From NCBI RefSeq assembly GCF_009914755.1, contig NC_060925.1: a stretch of 64,000 nucleotides of DNA; one strand, given 5' to 3'. The notes below the pieces were generated by a model, which ran no database searches, was not told where the DNA came from, and was given only the letters and a program-made list of their open reading frames with translations. Of the stretch, positions 46,363-60,180 are shown piece by piece (the stretch's first letter is position 1; each line of letters begins with the position of its first letter). The position numbers and the translations under genes were made by a program. This stretch comes from the human T2T-CHM13v2.0 reference genome, Homo sapiens.

Positions 46363-47689
46363 AAAATATGTCTGAACCAGACAATAATTGCAGTGAATAA
46401 GAAGACCTGGCACACTTGCAACTGCCATGCTCTTCCAGCAGCTTGGAATGCCCATCCTTCCCTTCTTTGTGGAGTGAACTGCACTTACCCTTCAGCTCTC
46501 AGCACAGTTGACACTACCTCAGTGACCTTCCCTGAGGAGATAAAGTCCCCCACTAGCCACTTCCATAATTCTTTTCCTCTTCACACCACTTAGAGGTACA
46601 ATTTCATGCTCACTCATAGGAAGATTTGTTTACTGTCCATTTGTCCCAATATGTGAGCTCCATGAAGGCAGGGGCAAGCTTCAGGTTGCTTTTGCCATGC
46701 CTGGCACATGGAGCGTTTAATAAGTATCTGCTAAATAGACTAGACTCATAGGCTCATGTTTTTTTCCAAGCCTCAGATCTGCCCCTTTTCTAGGTAATCA
46801 TTTGATTACCTGGGTTTTCTTTCCTTTCTATAGCACTTTTTATCCCACAGCTCATGAACTCATACGGTTCTGACCACAACTGCAAGGTTTCTCCCAGCCC
46901 TTCAAGGTCATAGAAACAAAGAGATCACACAAAAAGGTCTTACCATCTTCATCTTGGATGTGAGGACACAACCTCTTCAATTAACAAAGGAAGAAACTGA
47001 GGCACATTCTCTCATCCAAGTTTACTTGGCCAGCCATTGGCAAGTGTTAGAGCTGTTGACAGGAAACTGGTTCTGCCCCCTTATGTTGTCCCTGTGGGCA
47101 TAAATTGTTTTCCTCCTCTAACGATGACTTTGGCACCAAGTACCCTAGGTCTGAAACACCGGTTTCTTATTAAGCAGCCCTGGCTTCAGAGGGTCTGTGA
47201 GTGAATAAGGACGGATTGGGAGCCGTCCACTGGCCAGGTGTTTGGTAGCAGCTGCCACTTTCCTTCCTTTGTTTTCTCTACCATCACTGGTTTTAACCCT
47301 CATCTAGAAGGCCACTTTGTCTGGGACAGGGAGATAATTTAGTCTCGCGTCCGTTTGGCAGCTTCCTGATTACCAGCTGAGCCTGATTACACAGTCTGTG
47401 TGCCTGTCCCAGGACAGACGTGCTGCTGCGTGCTGGAGGAAGGAGGCGGCTCCAATAGTGGAATTGCATTTAGGGTCTCATTTCTAACACCTCTCTTTGG
47501 CTAACCCAGACCCAGTCCCACAGGCGACTGGCTCTGAGTTCCACTGTTAATTTCAAAGAACTTTCTCTCTCCAGCAGGGGTCCTAGTGGATAGACCAGGC
47601 TCTTGTCTCTCTCCATACCTCAGATCTGCCCCTTTCCTAGGAGATCCTTGGTTTTCTGTACTTTCTCTAGTAAGAATAACTTTCATTCA

Positions 47690-48160
47690 TGAATTCAACA
47701 AGTTTAACTAAAACAGTTGGCAAACATTTATTGAGGACTTTTGTGCCAGGAATTTGAGATATGAGTTGAGTAAGACACAGTTCTGACCCCAGGAGCTGTC
47801 AGAATAGAGATAGAAACAGATATGCAGCAGTTCCAATAGTGGGAACCCCCAGGAAGAGACTAGATTTCTCAGAGAAGGGGTGGCAGGGAGTAGTTCTAGA
47901 AGGCTTCACAGAAGAGGTGCCACCTTGGTGGGTCTTAAAGAGAATAACTGGGGTTTGCTACTATGTGTCGCTGAGTAACACACAGAGGCATGGAGATCCA
48001 AGGCAAGTGAGGTAGGGGGAACAGCATGGGTAATCATGTCCATGGTGGGTCAGAGAAGGTGAGTAATCAGATATGCCTGGAAGACACCAGGGGAGGGGTG
48101 GCTGAGGCTGGAAAGTCTGGCTGAGGATAGAGGGTGAAGGATGCTATCTGACATGCTGTG
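47690..48160 (-). mobile_element. L2 antisense
   Basis: aaacatttattgagg...tgtgccagg...gagtaagacacag...gaaggcttcacagaagaggtg. Confidence 0.7.
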
Positions 48161-49289
48161 AGGCAGGCAGAGTTACAAGCATCAGTTGCAAACATCAGCA
48201 CCTGTGTGAACATGAAGCAGTTCATGAAGCTTCTACTTCATATAAAAATATTACTTTTATGTGATCGGTTAAATATTTTCCTGGAAAATAAAACACATAT
48301 AAGTAAACCAAGGAAGATTACTTCTAAAAGATTTGGATAATCGTCAAAGGGAAAGCTTGACATCCATTGAGCTTGCAGTGTATGAGACACTGTATAAGCA
48401 TTTGATATATATTTACCTCCCTTGGCCCTGACAACTATGCTAGGCAGCTGATATTATTTTTATCATTCCCATTTGGTAGGTGAAGAAAGTGCCTAGTCGT
48501 GGGCCTTTGGTGAGGAATACAATTTGAAGTCAGTCAATCTGATTTCAGGGACAATGCCATAATCTTTATGTTCTTTGAGAGATAATCAGAATCCTAAACT
48601 AAAGAATGCTTAAGATTTCCTAATTTCTACAGGCAGTGGGGAGCCACAGAGGATTGCTGAGCATAGGGGAGATTTAATAAGTTGATGATGAACTCTCTCT
48701 GTTGAGCAAATGAGGAAGATAGAAGAAATACTTGCAGAAGTTTCAGGGGTAGCACTTCAAACAATGAGACCATTGGGAAACTTCAGTCCTAGGGAGGCTA
48801 GGCATGTGGGGAGGGTTCTGCTGAAGAAAGGCTTTGTGCTAATGTGTGTCCATGGAGCCAACTGCGTGGAGTGACAGGCTCTGAGGATGGAGCCTGCCTG
48901 TGCATATCAAAGAATGGCCTTCCTATGTCTCCATGGCACAGACCCTGGTCACATACCGGTCTTTTTAGCCTTCCATATCCCTTAAATCACCCCTCAGCAG
49001 GAGCACCTGCAATTATGAAGTCAAATATTCTAACCTGAATTCCTTTTCTATTCGTATGACCAAATTCAGCAATCTAAGGACAATCTCATAAATGTTAGGT
49101 GGAAAAGAGCTTTACCTTGCCAGTCCAAGTACCTAAAATGATGTATGTGTTCCCCAACAAGCAGAGGCGAAACCTGCTTGTATTAATGACCTCTGCCAGG
49201 GCATTTTCAGAATTCCTGCAGCGTGAGATGCCTTTCACCCACCACACTGGAGTTACTTCCCTCGGATTCACCACTTCATGGCTTTCCAG

Positions 49290-49660
49290 TCTGTATTGTC
49301 TTTGTTCTTCTCTGATCATCTTTCCAAACTAACCTCAGAATTATGTTCCTGCTTTTCCTGGGGTCTGCAAATCCTCTGTAATGAGCAGCCATCTGCAGAT
49401 TCATTTTTATGCAGTTTCCCTTCCCCCTTCAGACTGGTAATAAAAATATTAAACAGGACTAAACCCAGGGCTGACCCCTGCTGCACCCTGCTAGACAGCC
49501 CCCCTTGGGATTGGCTGCCTTTTATCATTGGCCTTTTTTTCTTGCAATGTTTTGTCCAATTTACAGTCACCTCCCCCTGTCCTCAGCCTAGTCAATTAGA
49601 GCCGAATGTGAGAGCAAAAATGTTGAGAGATATCCCAAGCTTTTCCAGTTAAAGTCCAAA
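49290..49660 (-). mobile_element. CR1/L3 LINE reverse-transcriptase fragment
   Basis: ORF 49316-49570(-) SSRVQQGSALGLVLFNIFITSL...ESADG matches the CR1 RT motif ([21 protein letters not shown]...FADD). Confidence 0.8.
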
Positions 49661-52600
49661 TCTTTGTCTGTTTCTATATATCAGGAAACAATTTTGGGTA
49701 AAAACTGAATAACACCACATTAAATATCAACATATTTTTATGTTAACCATAATCTGTACTGTTGACTTAATATTTTATTTTCAACAAGTTCTTTGGTATC
49801 CTGTCTTCATGAGTTAACGTTTGCTAATAAAAAGTAAAAATTTCACTCAGTTTCTCTTTCTGACTGTAAACTCAGACTTGGGGCATTTTGTACTTCAGTT
49901 TCTTCAGATGTAAATAAAATAAACTAATTTGTGTTTACAACAAACTCCAAGAAATGTTTGATAGGACTACAAAGGATTGTTTATCCTTTAGAAATGCTTT
50001 GTCTTTTGACACAATTATTTCCCCCCATTTGGGGATCTTACCAAGAAAGATGCTGGGTAAATCTCTTTCGTTTTTATTGTGTGTATTCCACACATCTAGA
50101 AGTCCTGGAAGACGAAGAGGAGCATATCACTCCGCTGGGACTGCTTTCTGAATGCATGGATGTGCTATGAAATATAAATGTATCTCTTCCTGGACAGAGT
50201 TTTCTTTTTTCCCTTGCTCTCCTGAGACGCAGGGCTCATGGCGTCAAAAGCTCAGGTGCATCTAGCCATAAGAAGGAGCCTTTTCAGCTCTCTTTATCTC
50301 TGCCTCAGTACCCTCATCATAGTAATGAGGATGGACAGAGATTTAAAAGCAAATATGATCTAACAAATAGGCCAGACCCCTTTCTAATCCAGGTTCAGAA
50401 CAAAAGATAGCACTTCCTGGAATTAACTCCTCGGGAGAGAAACACTCTCATCTAGTTGTGGAAAATCTTTTCCTTTCTCTCAAAATATTCAAAAAGTCCT
50501 ATACTTTTAAAAGGACCATAAAGAGAGAGCCTTCAATATTTGGTCTATAGTTTAAAATTTTGTGTGACTTTTTCTTGGTCAGGAATGCTTTAACAAACAA
50601 GATCATCCAAACTAGGAACTTTAATAATAATTTTTATATTACAACTGCACAAAAATGCTTGAAATAAGAGAAACCCCACCATTCTTCATATATTTTGACT
50701 CTATTGTATACAGAAAAGATATAGTAGAAATAAAAAGGATTGTGTAGTTCACAGAACACTCAAGATATCACTCTCCATGATGAATGAATTTCTGAAAATA
50801 ATATATATTAAATATACCATATATGACAGATTGACTTATTCTATACCCATAATATTTGTGTTGTATATTATTCAGGTGCTATTTTCATAAATGTATGTCT
50901 AAAAACATCTATAAATGTGACTTCACTGGTTAGCTGTCTCATTGATACGGTGATGTGGGTCTTCAGCCTGGCTTTCTTTGTATCTCGGTACATCAGGTCT
51001 CAATGGCAATGGAGTGGGAGCTGTCCCGTTTCTGAGTCCCTGAAGCCCAGGTTGTGTTTGTGTATGGGGAGAGTTAATGAGAACAGAATGGCTTTCTTCC
51101 CCTAGCTTCCCCAATCCCATCTGTTCAAACAAAAGGCTGAAAGGGAAAGAGAACTGAGACCCTGCTGGTCAAGGGGGGAGGAATAATAACACATATCCTT
51201 GGGCAACATTTCAGCACATGCAACCCTTTTATACTGTGCTTAAGCTTTTATTCAGACAAAAGGAAGTCGGGCCAATGTAGGTTCCATTTAAAACTACAAT
51301 TAAAAAAAAATACGTTAGGCCCAAAGGTCTTTTTTTTTTTTTTTAAATAACTACATTTGTAAGTCTAGATTGAAAAATGAGAACTATGAAAGGAAAGGAA
51401 AAAAGCAATTTGTACTGAAATCTGCTGAGTAATCCACCTGTGTAGACAGTTGTAGAAGACCAATTTCACCTACTTTGAATGAAGTTGAAGGACAAGTAAT
51501 GAGCATTATAATAAAAGGAGTTAAAAAAAAAAAGGCACTTCCTTAACTTCCTAAGAAGGGTCCATGAAAATATTGTGATTTCCAGTTGAGGACAAGAAAA
51601 CCAGTTGCCTTCGGTTCATCAGGTTAGCGGCTTGCCCGCAGAAGCATGGCGAGCAACTCTGGAAGGTCAGAGCAACATTCCCTGGAGCAGTTCATTGAGG
51701 CTGACTGGCTCTTAGAGACGACTGCTTAAATCCCAATGGGCCACCCTCAAGGGATTATTTCACAAGATTTGCCAATGCCCTGATACATGCTGCTGTTCAT
51801 TAAGGCAGGAGAAGAAAAGATTTCCTGGGTATTTACTCTACAATTAAAGCCAGAGCTATTGGGCCATCTTACCATCTATGGGAAGGTGAATTTGCAATCA
51901 GTTTTCTTTTATCTGTATTATAAACCATATATTTTAAGTCAGTCACCGCAATAGCTGCATTACCATCACATACATACAGACTTACCATTTTTTTAAAAGT
52001 GTATAAAATAAATTCTACCCTCTCCTCTTAACTTTGATGCTATCACTTCTGTAAAAAGGAAAATAAGAAAGGATGAAGATATTCACAAACTGAGATTGCC
52101 AGGAGTTAAGATGTTTAGGTCACTATATATTTGGAAAAATAAAAAAATCCACATCTTCAGGATATTTCCCAAATGACAAAAAAAGAGAAAGGAAGGGGAA
52201 AATAAAAAGTAAATGTGAGCATTAAGAAATGTCATCTTAGGACCTCCTGGGAATTGTGAAAGCCTGAGAAAATTTTATAAGGAAATGCAATTAGAACACC
52301 TAGGACACGCTGAGGCACAAAGTCTGGCTCCTTCCATAGAAGGGCCACCAGCTACTTAAGAAAGGCAAACCAAACCTGGAATCTAAGGGAAAAGAAATTT
52401 CCTGAATGATGGGGGTGGCCTCTGAAGGATAAGTAAGCTTGTGTAAAGTATGAGTTTAGCAAATCTTGATTATCTCGGTGAACATTTTCTCATAAATGTT
52501 CATTTTTATTGTGTCATCAACATACAATTGTGCATGCAAATGGAAGCAAAAGCAGGGAAAAGACAGTCCAAAGTGGTGATTGAGCAAAACCATATTATCT

Positions 52601-53026
52601 GGCTTTCACCTGCATCATATTATTCTTTTTTTACAAAGCGTTTTCTTTCCTCATTACTTATTTTTGCTTGGGCTAATTTTAAAATGAGTTTTTATTCCCT
52701 TGGTACAACAGTCAGTGTTGGCCCGGAATGAAAAACACACCCCTGATAATCCACAGAGAATGTAATCCACAACATTAATAACTGGCAGCTGAAAGCATTT
52801 GCCTATTCCATTTTCCTCCTTTATTCCTAAAGGAAAACAGGAATATAAATATGCCTACTTTATAGAAGACCTGAGTTCTTTAAAGGGTCAGCTACAAAAA
52901 AAATTTTTATTAACAAAATTAGATTTTGCCATGACTGTCCATCTCAAAACTAAAGTTGTATACCATGTAAAAAGTTTGCTTTTGGAGATAATAGGAGCCA
53001 TATTTACAAAACAATATGACTCTAAA

Positions 53027-53756
53027 TGAAACTGCCTTTGCAAAATTATGACAGTGAGAGAAATCTGATGTAGTTGACTCCATCTTGCTTCTAACCTCCG
53101 AGCTGTTCTTGGTCATTACTGGGCGTAGGCCAAACTAACTTTGGGAGAAATATAGTTTATAGTTTAATCTTACAGCAAGGATGATAATAGCCCTTCCCAA
53201 AACTAAACTGCCTTTGTAAAACTAATGAAAGCTTACAAGGTTAGGATTATGAGGGGCCTGATTTCTGCTAAGACGTAGGCGTAGTTAAATGACAACTAGC
53301 CATTGTTCCAGAGGTCACAAGAATTGTAACTTCCCCAATTACTCCTGTAAATAATATCACTGTTGTAGAACCTATGATTGGCCTTTTGAGATGTTTTTCA
53401 GACTTTTGCATTGCTAATGAGGGCTGACCCTACCCAGACCCCCAACTCGTGTCTCAACTGGTCCTTTGGCTCCCACCCAGAGACCAACTCAGCACATCAA
53501 GACCTTTTTCCACACCCCTATGATTTCATACCCAATCAAGCAACATTCCTCATCCCCTAGTCTCTTGCCCACCAAACTATCCTTTAAAACCCCTAATGTC
53601 TTAGTTTTTAGGGAGACTAATTTGAGTGATAAATTCAGTTCCTCCTCATGGGCTGGCTTCACATCAGTTAAACTCTTTCTCTACTCCAATGCTGTGGTCT
53701 CAGAGAATTGATTTTGCCTGTGCAGTGGGCAGGAAGAACCCACTGGAAAAATCACA
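53027..53756 (+). mobile_element. ERV1 solo LTR, LTR8 family (LTR8A/B-like)
   Basis: TGAAACTGCCTTTGCAAAATTATGAC start, gactccatcttgcttctaacc motif, CA end, and 4-bp TSD TAAA (53023-26 and 53757-60). Confidence 0.88.
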
Positions 53757-54342
53757 TAAAGATATAGTACATATAAGGTTGAAAAAATGATCAACGCTAA
53801 CTATTGGATGATCTCCATTGGACGATTTTCACTATGCTGTCCACAGTAGCCACAAGAGACAAACATGCCATGGTTGAGACAGACTCCTTAGGTATGACAA
53901 GGACTCCCCCAACCTGTGCCCCTAGCACTGCAGTTTCAGGCTGCTTTAAAAAAAAAAATTTGTTCTGTAGTTTTCGCTGCCATTTCATATGAGGTCATTA
54001 TACAAGTAAATGGGACCTCTTCTGTCGGTTATCATTGGTGAGGTATATATACATTTTAAAGAGGCAATGTATTCTTCACATTTGACTTAAATTTAGACTT
54101 GTCAATTTATTCTATAACCATTCATTGTGAGACTTGAATTTAGATGTATCAATTTATCATATGACCATTAATTGTGAGACACTAAATAAAGGCTGTAATG
54201 GATTAAAAAATGCTTTGTCCAGGTACATGTGAGGGAGTGGAGAATATGGTCTGCCAGGTTGGGGCTTGGATATTTATCCAGAGGGTGATGAGGAGGTACT
54301 AGAGGTGGAAAACAGAGAAGGTGTGAGCAGATCACTGAGAAA

Positions 54343-55444
54343 CAAGCATACCTCAGATATTGCAGTTTCAGCTACAGATCATTGCAATAAAGTGAATATC
54401 ACAATAAAGCAAGTCACACAAATTTTCTGGTTTCCCAGTGCATATAAAATTATATTTACATTATACTGAAGTCTATTAAGTGTGCAATAGCATTCTGTCT
54501 AGAAAACAGCATACATGCCTTATTTTAAAAGTACTTTATTGCTAAAAAAGTGTTAACAATCATCTGAGCCTTCAGAGAGCCATAATTGTTTTGCTGGTGG
54601 AGAGTCTTGCCTCAGTGTTGATGGCTGCTGACTGATCAGTGTGGTGGTTGCTGAAGGTTGGAGTGGCTGTAGCAATAGATTGCATCTTCTTCCAATGCAA
54701 GGCTATTTCATCTACTTTGAAAATGTGTTGTTTAGTGTAGCTGCCTACACTATTATTATTAACTATTATGAATATCAGCAATAAGGCTGTTTCACTTTCT
54801 TATCATTCATATTTTCTTTTAATTTCCTTCAAGAATTTCAAGAACTGTTCCTTCAAGAACATTTTCTTTGCATTTGCAACTTGGTTAACTATTAGGTGCA
54901 AGAGCCCTAGCTTGTGGCCTGTCTCAGCTTTCAACATGCCTTCTTCACTAAGTTTAATCATTTCTAGCTTTCAATTTAGAGAGCTGTGTGACTCTTCCAT
55001 TCATTTGAACACTTAGAGGCCATTTTAGAGCTATTAACTAGCCTAATTTCAATATTGTTGTGTCTCAGGAAATAGGGAGACGTGAGGAGACAGAAAAAGA
55101 CATGGAATGGTTAGTTGGTGGAGCAGTCAGATCACACAACATTTATCAATTAAGTTTACTTTCTTATATGGGTATGGTTTATGGCATCCCAAAACAATTA
55201 CAATAGCAACATCAAAGATCACCAATCACAGATCACTATAACCAATGTAATAATAATGAAAAGTTTAAAATATTGTGAGAATTACCAAAATGTGACACAG
55301 ACATCAAGTGAGCATATGATATTGGAAAAATGGAGCTGATAGATTTGCTTGACACAGGTTGCCACAAACCTTCAATTTGCACAAAAAAAAAAAAAAGACT
55401 GTAAAGTGCAAAAAAGCAAGGCACAAATAAGTGAGGTATGCCTG
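54343..55444 (-). mobile_element. Tigger1, internally deleted
   Basis: TIRs caagcatacctc ... gaggtatgcctg. Residual transposase peptide [18 protein letters not shown] in ORF 54572-54781(-). Confidence 0.85.
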
Positions 55445-55456
55445 TATTTGCAATTA

Positions 55457-55910
55457 CAGTTGACCGTTGAACAACAGGAGTTTGAACTGCACAGGTCCAC
55501 TTATACTTAGATTTTCTTCTACCTCTGCCACCTCTGAGACAACAAGACCAACCCCCCTTTTCCTCCTCTTCCTCAGCATGCTCAAAATAAAGACAGCAAG
55601 GATGAAGATCTTTATGATGATCTACTTCTACTTAATGAATAGTAAATATGTTTTCTCTTCCTTATGATTTTCTTAATAATATTTTATTCTCTCTAGCTTA
55701 CTTTAAGAATACAGTATATAATACCTATAACATGTAAAATATGTTTAACTGACTGCTTGTTATTAGTAAGGCTATGGTCAACAGTAGGCTATTAATACTT
55801 CAGTTTTGAGGTAGTCAAAGTTATACGCAAATTTTCAACTGTGCAGGATAGGGGGGCGGGGGGATGGGGAGATGTTTTCCCTAACCCCTGGGTTGTTCTA
55901 GAATCAACTG
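55457..55910 (+). mobile_element. Tigger2a (MER28-type) MITE
   Basis: TA-CAGTTGACC...TCAACTG-TA with inverted termini. Confidence 0.85.
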
Positions 55911-56454
55911 TATATTCTTTAGTTTAACCAAATTCTTTCTCACTAAATGAATTAGTGGCATTGAGAGTTTCCTGCAAAGACATAGCAGACTAAAACAAAC
56001 AACAGAATGGCAGAGCCAACATTCTACTCTTAGCCTGAGTTGTTTGTCAGCCATGTTATGAGATTAAAGCAAAGATGATATAATAAACTCTGAAAAAAGT
56101 CAGCCAAAAAAATTAAAAATTAACAAGAGTTTTTGAAATACAGCTTTGTATCATTAACCACAGGGTATGATTTATATGGTGTGTATTATGTTTTCATGAA
56201 GTGAGGTATCTTTTTGGCTACATCTGCCATGAAAATCTAGTGGATAAATAAACTAGGCTTAGAATCACAACTTTGAATTACTACATTGTAAAACATTAAA
56301 CTAAATTTGATTTTTAAAAATAAAGTGTATCCAACTACATTACTCTCACTAAAAATATTATTGTGAATTATAATTATAAAAGAGTACAAAAAGTTTTCGT
56401 ATCATTAATAAAAAATAATTTTAGAAATGTTAATTTCATCTTTCTTATTTTTTT

Positions 56455-56890
56455 CCAGTTACTGTGCTACGGAACAATTCATCCCAAAACTTACTGGCTT
56501 AGAACAGCAACAATATTGATTTTACTCACTATTTTGCAAGTTGGGGAAAGCTTTCAGAGATAGCTTGTCTCTCCTCCACATGGTGTCATTTTGGTTGGCT
56601 TGAAGGCTGGGAGCTAATGCTAACTGTCAGCTGCTTTCCATGTGGGCCGTCTTCTCCTATGTTGGCTCAGGGCTCCCAAGGCATGTGTCCCAAGAGAAAA
56701 AGAGCTAGGCAGAAGCATTAACTTCTTTTATGACCTAGTCTAGTTAGCCAGCACAGTTATAAAGTTCTGCCAGGTTCAAGGGGAAGGAACATAGCCTTTC
56801 AGTCAAGTAGTGTCAATGTCACACTGCAAGATGAAAAGGTAGGAACAGATTATGTTGATATGGCCATCTTTGAAAAATGCAATCTTACAA
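56455..56890 (-). mobile_element. MLT1H-type MaLR LTR
   Basis: cccaaaacttactggcttag...gcttgtctctcctccacatggtgtc...ggccatctttgaaaaat. Confidence 0.65.
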
Positions 56891-58022
56891 AATTATCATT
56901 TTTATTATCATACAACATTTTGTGTTTTACACAACATATCAGTACATCTTCATATTTTATACATAACTAAATATGTATATATTTATAACATTGTCAGAAT
57001 GCTTTATAAATTGGAGTGCATAATCAAAATTATTTGAAAACTTTTCTCATTTAGGAAACTGAAAGTAAAATAAAATGTATCTTTGCATGGCATAGGAGAT
57101 ACTAAACATATTTTTTCATCCTTTCTCATTGGCCTTCAGACTAATGGGGGGTCAGTACCTTGTAAAATAGTGTTTCACTAGGACTCTTTGCAGTAATTAA
57201 TCTCCCTTTCCCCTATATTCTAATAGCAAATTATGCTTTTGGTACCACATTTCTCACATTGGGTTTTGCATTCAAGTTAAGTACATATGGTATGTAAGAC
57301 AAAGTCTTATTCAGCTCTGTGGGCTCAACAGTTTGTAGAATGCTTTTTACATAGTAGATGCCCCCCAAAATACTGAATTGAATGGACTAGCTAAAGTTTT
57401 AGGATCTTTACTCCAGCAGTGGAAGTTGGTGGTGGAAGAGCTGATTTACTTAGAAGAAGAAAAGAAGGGAATATGCAATGGTAGTCTATTTTCCAGACCA
57501 CAGCTCTCCCTAGCATGTACTATACATCGTCTGAACCAACTCTGAGGGCCATAATAAGTAAGTGGGTAGAGGAAGATGAGTAGGTCCTTAATATAAAGGA
57601 TTGTAAATATCTACTGCCCTCCGTTGTCAAAGATGGCAATGTTTCTGATCCCATGATCATGGTGTAGCAGAAATAGCTCCAGATTGGCAGCCATGACATT
57701 TGTCATGGGGTAACCTTTTGGCAGTTAACTTTTGGTTTCTCCATCTGTGAAGGAGTGGATTTGTATTAACAAATTCTTAGGTGCCCCACAGCTTGAAAAT
57801 ATTCTGATTCTCAAAACCCCTGAGATGCGGTTCTATATGAGTAGTTATGAAGGTGAAGCAAGGTTGGTGATCCCAACTTGTGATCCGAATATGGCACTGT
57901 CTTATGATTTAAAGAAAACCATTGAAAACATAGATTATTATTCTTATATACCCAATGCCTAGAATAGTACCTAGCTCAAGATAAATGTTCAGAATATTTA
58001 TTGAATGTGATATAATACAGAG

Positions 58023-58825
58023 TGTAGTTGATTTTTGCCCATGGTTCCTGGCTCAAAATTTCTTGGAATTTTCTGAATAATAGGAGTGTCTTTTGTTTTC
58101 ATAAGAGCCCCTTTTGATCATACCTCAGTTTATGCTAATGAGGCAACTCATGGTAAAACCTTAGTTTTAAGGGAGAGGCTGACCATGACAGAAACACCGA
58201 GATGTAATGAGAATGTTGGAATTTTCAGCCTCACCTCCTCAGCTCCAAAGAGGGCAAAGGAGCTAGAGATTGAGTTCAATCACTTGGCCAATCATTTAAT
58301 CAATGATACCTATGTAATGAGACCCTAGATAAATACTCTGAACACCATAGTTCAGGGGAGCTTCCTTGTTGGTGAAGAGGTTGATATGCTAGGAGGCTGA
58401 CACACCCAGAGAGGGCAAAGAAGCTCCAAGCCTTTCTCCCAGACCTTGCTTTTCTCTTCCATTGGGGTGTTCTCCGATTGTGGCTTTTATAATAAAACCG
58501 TAATTTTAGTGTGCTTTCAGTAAATTCTGTGAGTCATTTTAGTAAATGACTAGAATGTGGTCATGGGAACTCCTAAATTTGTAGCCAACTCAGATAGAAT
58601 TGCAGATATCCAAGGACACTACTTTCAGCTGACATCTGAAGTAAGGGCAGTCTTATTGGGGACCTTGCCCTCTAACTTGTGGTATCTAATGTTAACTTCG
58701 AGTAGTTAGTGTCAAAAGCAAATAACTTTGCCCTTAACTTGTAGAGTCTGCCCTAACTGTGGGTAGTTAGTGTCAAAATTGAATTGAATTCTAAGATATC
58801 CACTTGGTGTTGGAGAATTGAGGTT
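58023..58825. mobile_element. MER21-family LTR
   Basis: tttatgctaatgagg, gctagagattgagttcaatcac, aatcaatgatacctatgtaatgaga, tagtgtcaaaattgaattgaatt. Confidence 0.75.
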
Positions 58826-58849
58826 AGAAAGTAGCAAATCATAATAAAT

Positions 58850-59050
58850 CACATTAATGAGTACTCATTCTATGCCAGGTACTGTTCTGGATGCTTGATA
58901 TGATCACCTCATCTAATCCTCACAAGAAAACAATGAAGTAGATATCATTATCATCCCCATTTTACATGTAGGAAACTGAGGCATAGAGGGAGTAATTTCA
59001 GTGTTATACAGCTGACAAAACTGGATTTAAACCTGTTTCCTAAACCACTA
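58850..59050 (-). mobile_element. MIR
   Basis: taatcctcacaa...tatcatccccattttaca...ggaaactgaggc. Confidence 0.8.
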
Positions 59051-60023
59051 CCCACACAGAGTCATACTACTCAGCCCTGTCTTCTTGATCCTCAGGCAGC
59101 TGAAGCAACACCAAAAAAGTCAGACTTGAAGATTCTGGGCATACTGATGGCAAATGTTCAGAAACATGGAAGAGATTGCTTCTGAGACACTTCATAAAAC
59201 AGGCTAGGATGTGGTTGCCAGTTCCCCAAGAATTGAAATATGCCACATGCCTCACCTCCACTCAGGTATTAAGTGTGAAACACCTCAGACCCTATTAATC
59301 AGACCCATCACCAGAATCAATATTCGTTAAACAGCCATGTGCATGAACAAAAGCTAATCACAAAGAAGACATAGATGCTACTCCCACGTTGGTTCTGCCC
59401 AAAAGGAGAGATAACACTAATGGAGACAAACCTTCCTTCCTGTCTTGAGAAGAGGGAGGGTGGAAAAAAGGCCCACTTATCTGAATGGATTTGGAGCACT
59501 ACACAGCTGCCCCTATGCCCTCCTCATATCTCTTCATATGTAAAGTATTTTCTATTTGGAGGACAGAGCAAGACTAGATTAACGGCAGGTCTGATGACCC
59601 CTATCTTTAAAGGGCCTTAACCTCTCATAAAAATACTTAATAGAGTTCTTTCCCTTTAATTGCATGCCACAATCTTTGGGGGCCCTTCTATCTCTATGGA
59701 TGCTCTGGGCACTAGCCTCCCTTTGTAATGTGGTTCTGCCTGAGTGTGGAATCAGCTGATGAGGCCAGGGGTCCCAAGGCAATACACCATCTGGCCAAGG
59801 TCATGGGTGGCAGATTATCAATTAGGAAGCATGGCGGGGAGGATGTTGTGTGGCTGGGGGTGGATCAGCCATTAGTAAGGGAACCAGTGTAGGTGTTGCA
59901 GCAGATTAATACACAAATCTTTGCTCTCAAGGGATCCTGCATGAAATCTTAGACTTGGTCACTAAGAGCTTTCAGAGGTAGAAAATGGAGCAACTGCATT
60001 AAAACATGAGCATGCACTTAGAG

Positions 60024-60180
60024 CAGTGTTTCTCAAACTTTAATGTGCATGTGAATCACCTAGAGATCTTGTTAAAATGGCTTTGGATTCAGTGGGTCTG
60101 AGGTGGGCCTGAGATTTTGCATTTATAATAACTCAGGAGATGCCAGTGCTGCTGGGCCATGAACCACTCTTAGATGCAAA
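60024..60180. mobile_element. MER5A-type MITE
   Basis: cagtgtttctcaaactttaatgtgcatgtgaatcacctagagatcttgttaaaatg. Confidence 0.85.

Noticed and set aside
52524-52541. Canonical SOX2-OCT4 composite element
   Set aside because: Spacing is one base longer than the canonical CATTGT-N-ATGCAAAT, so it is kept only as separate motifs.
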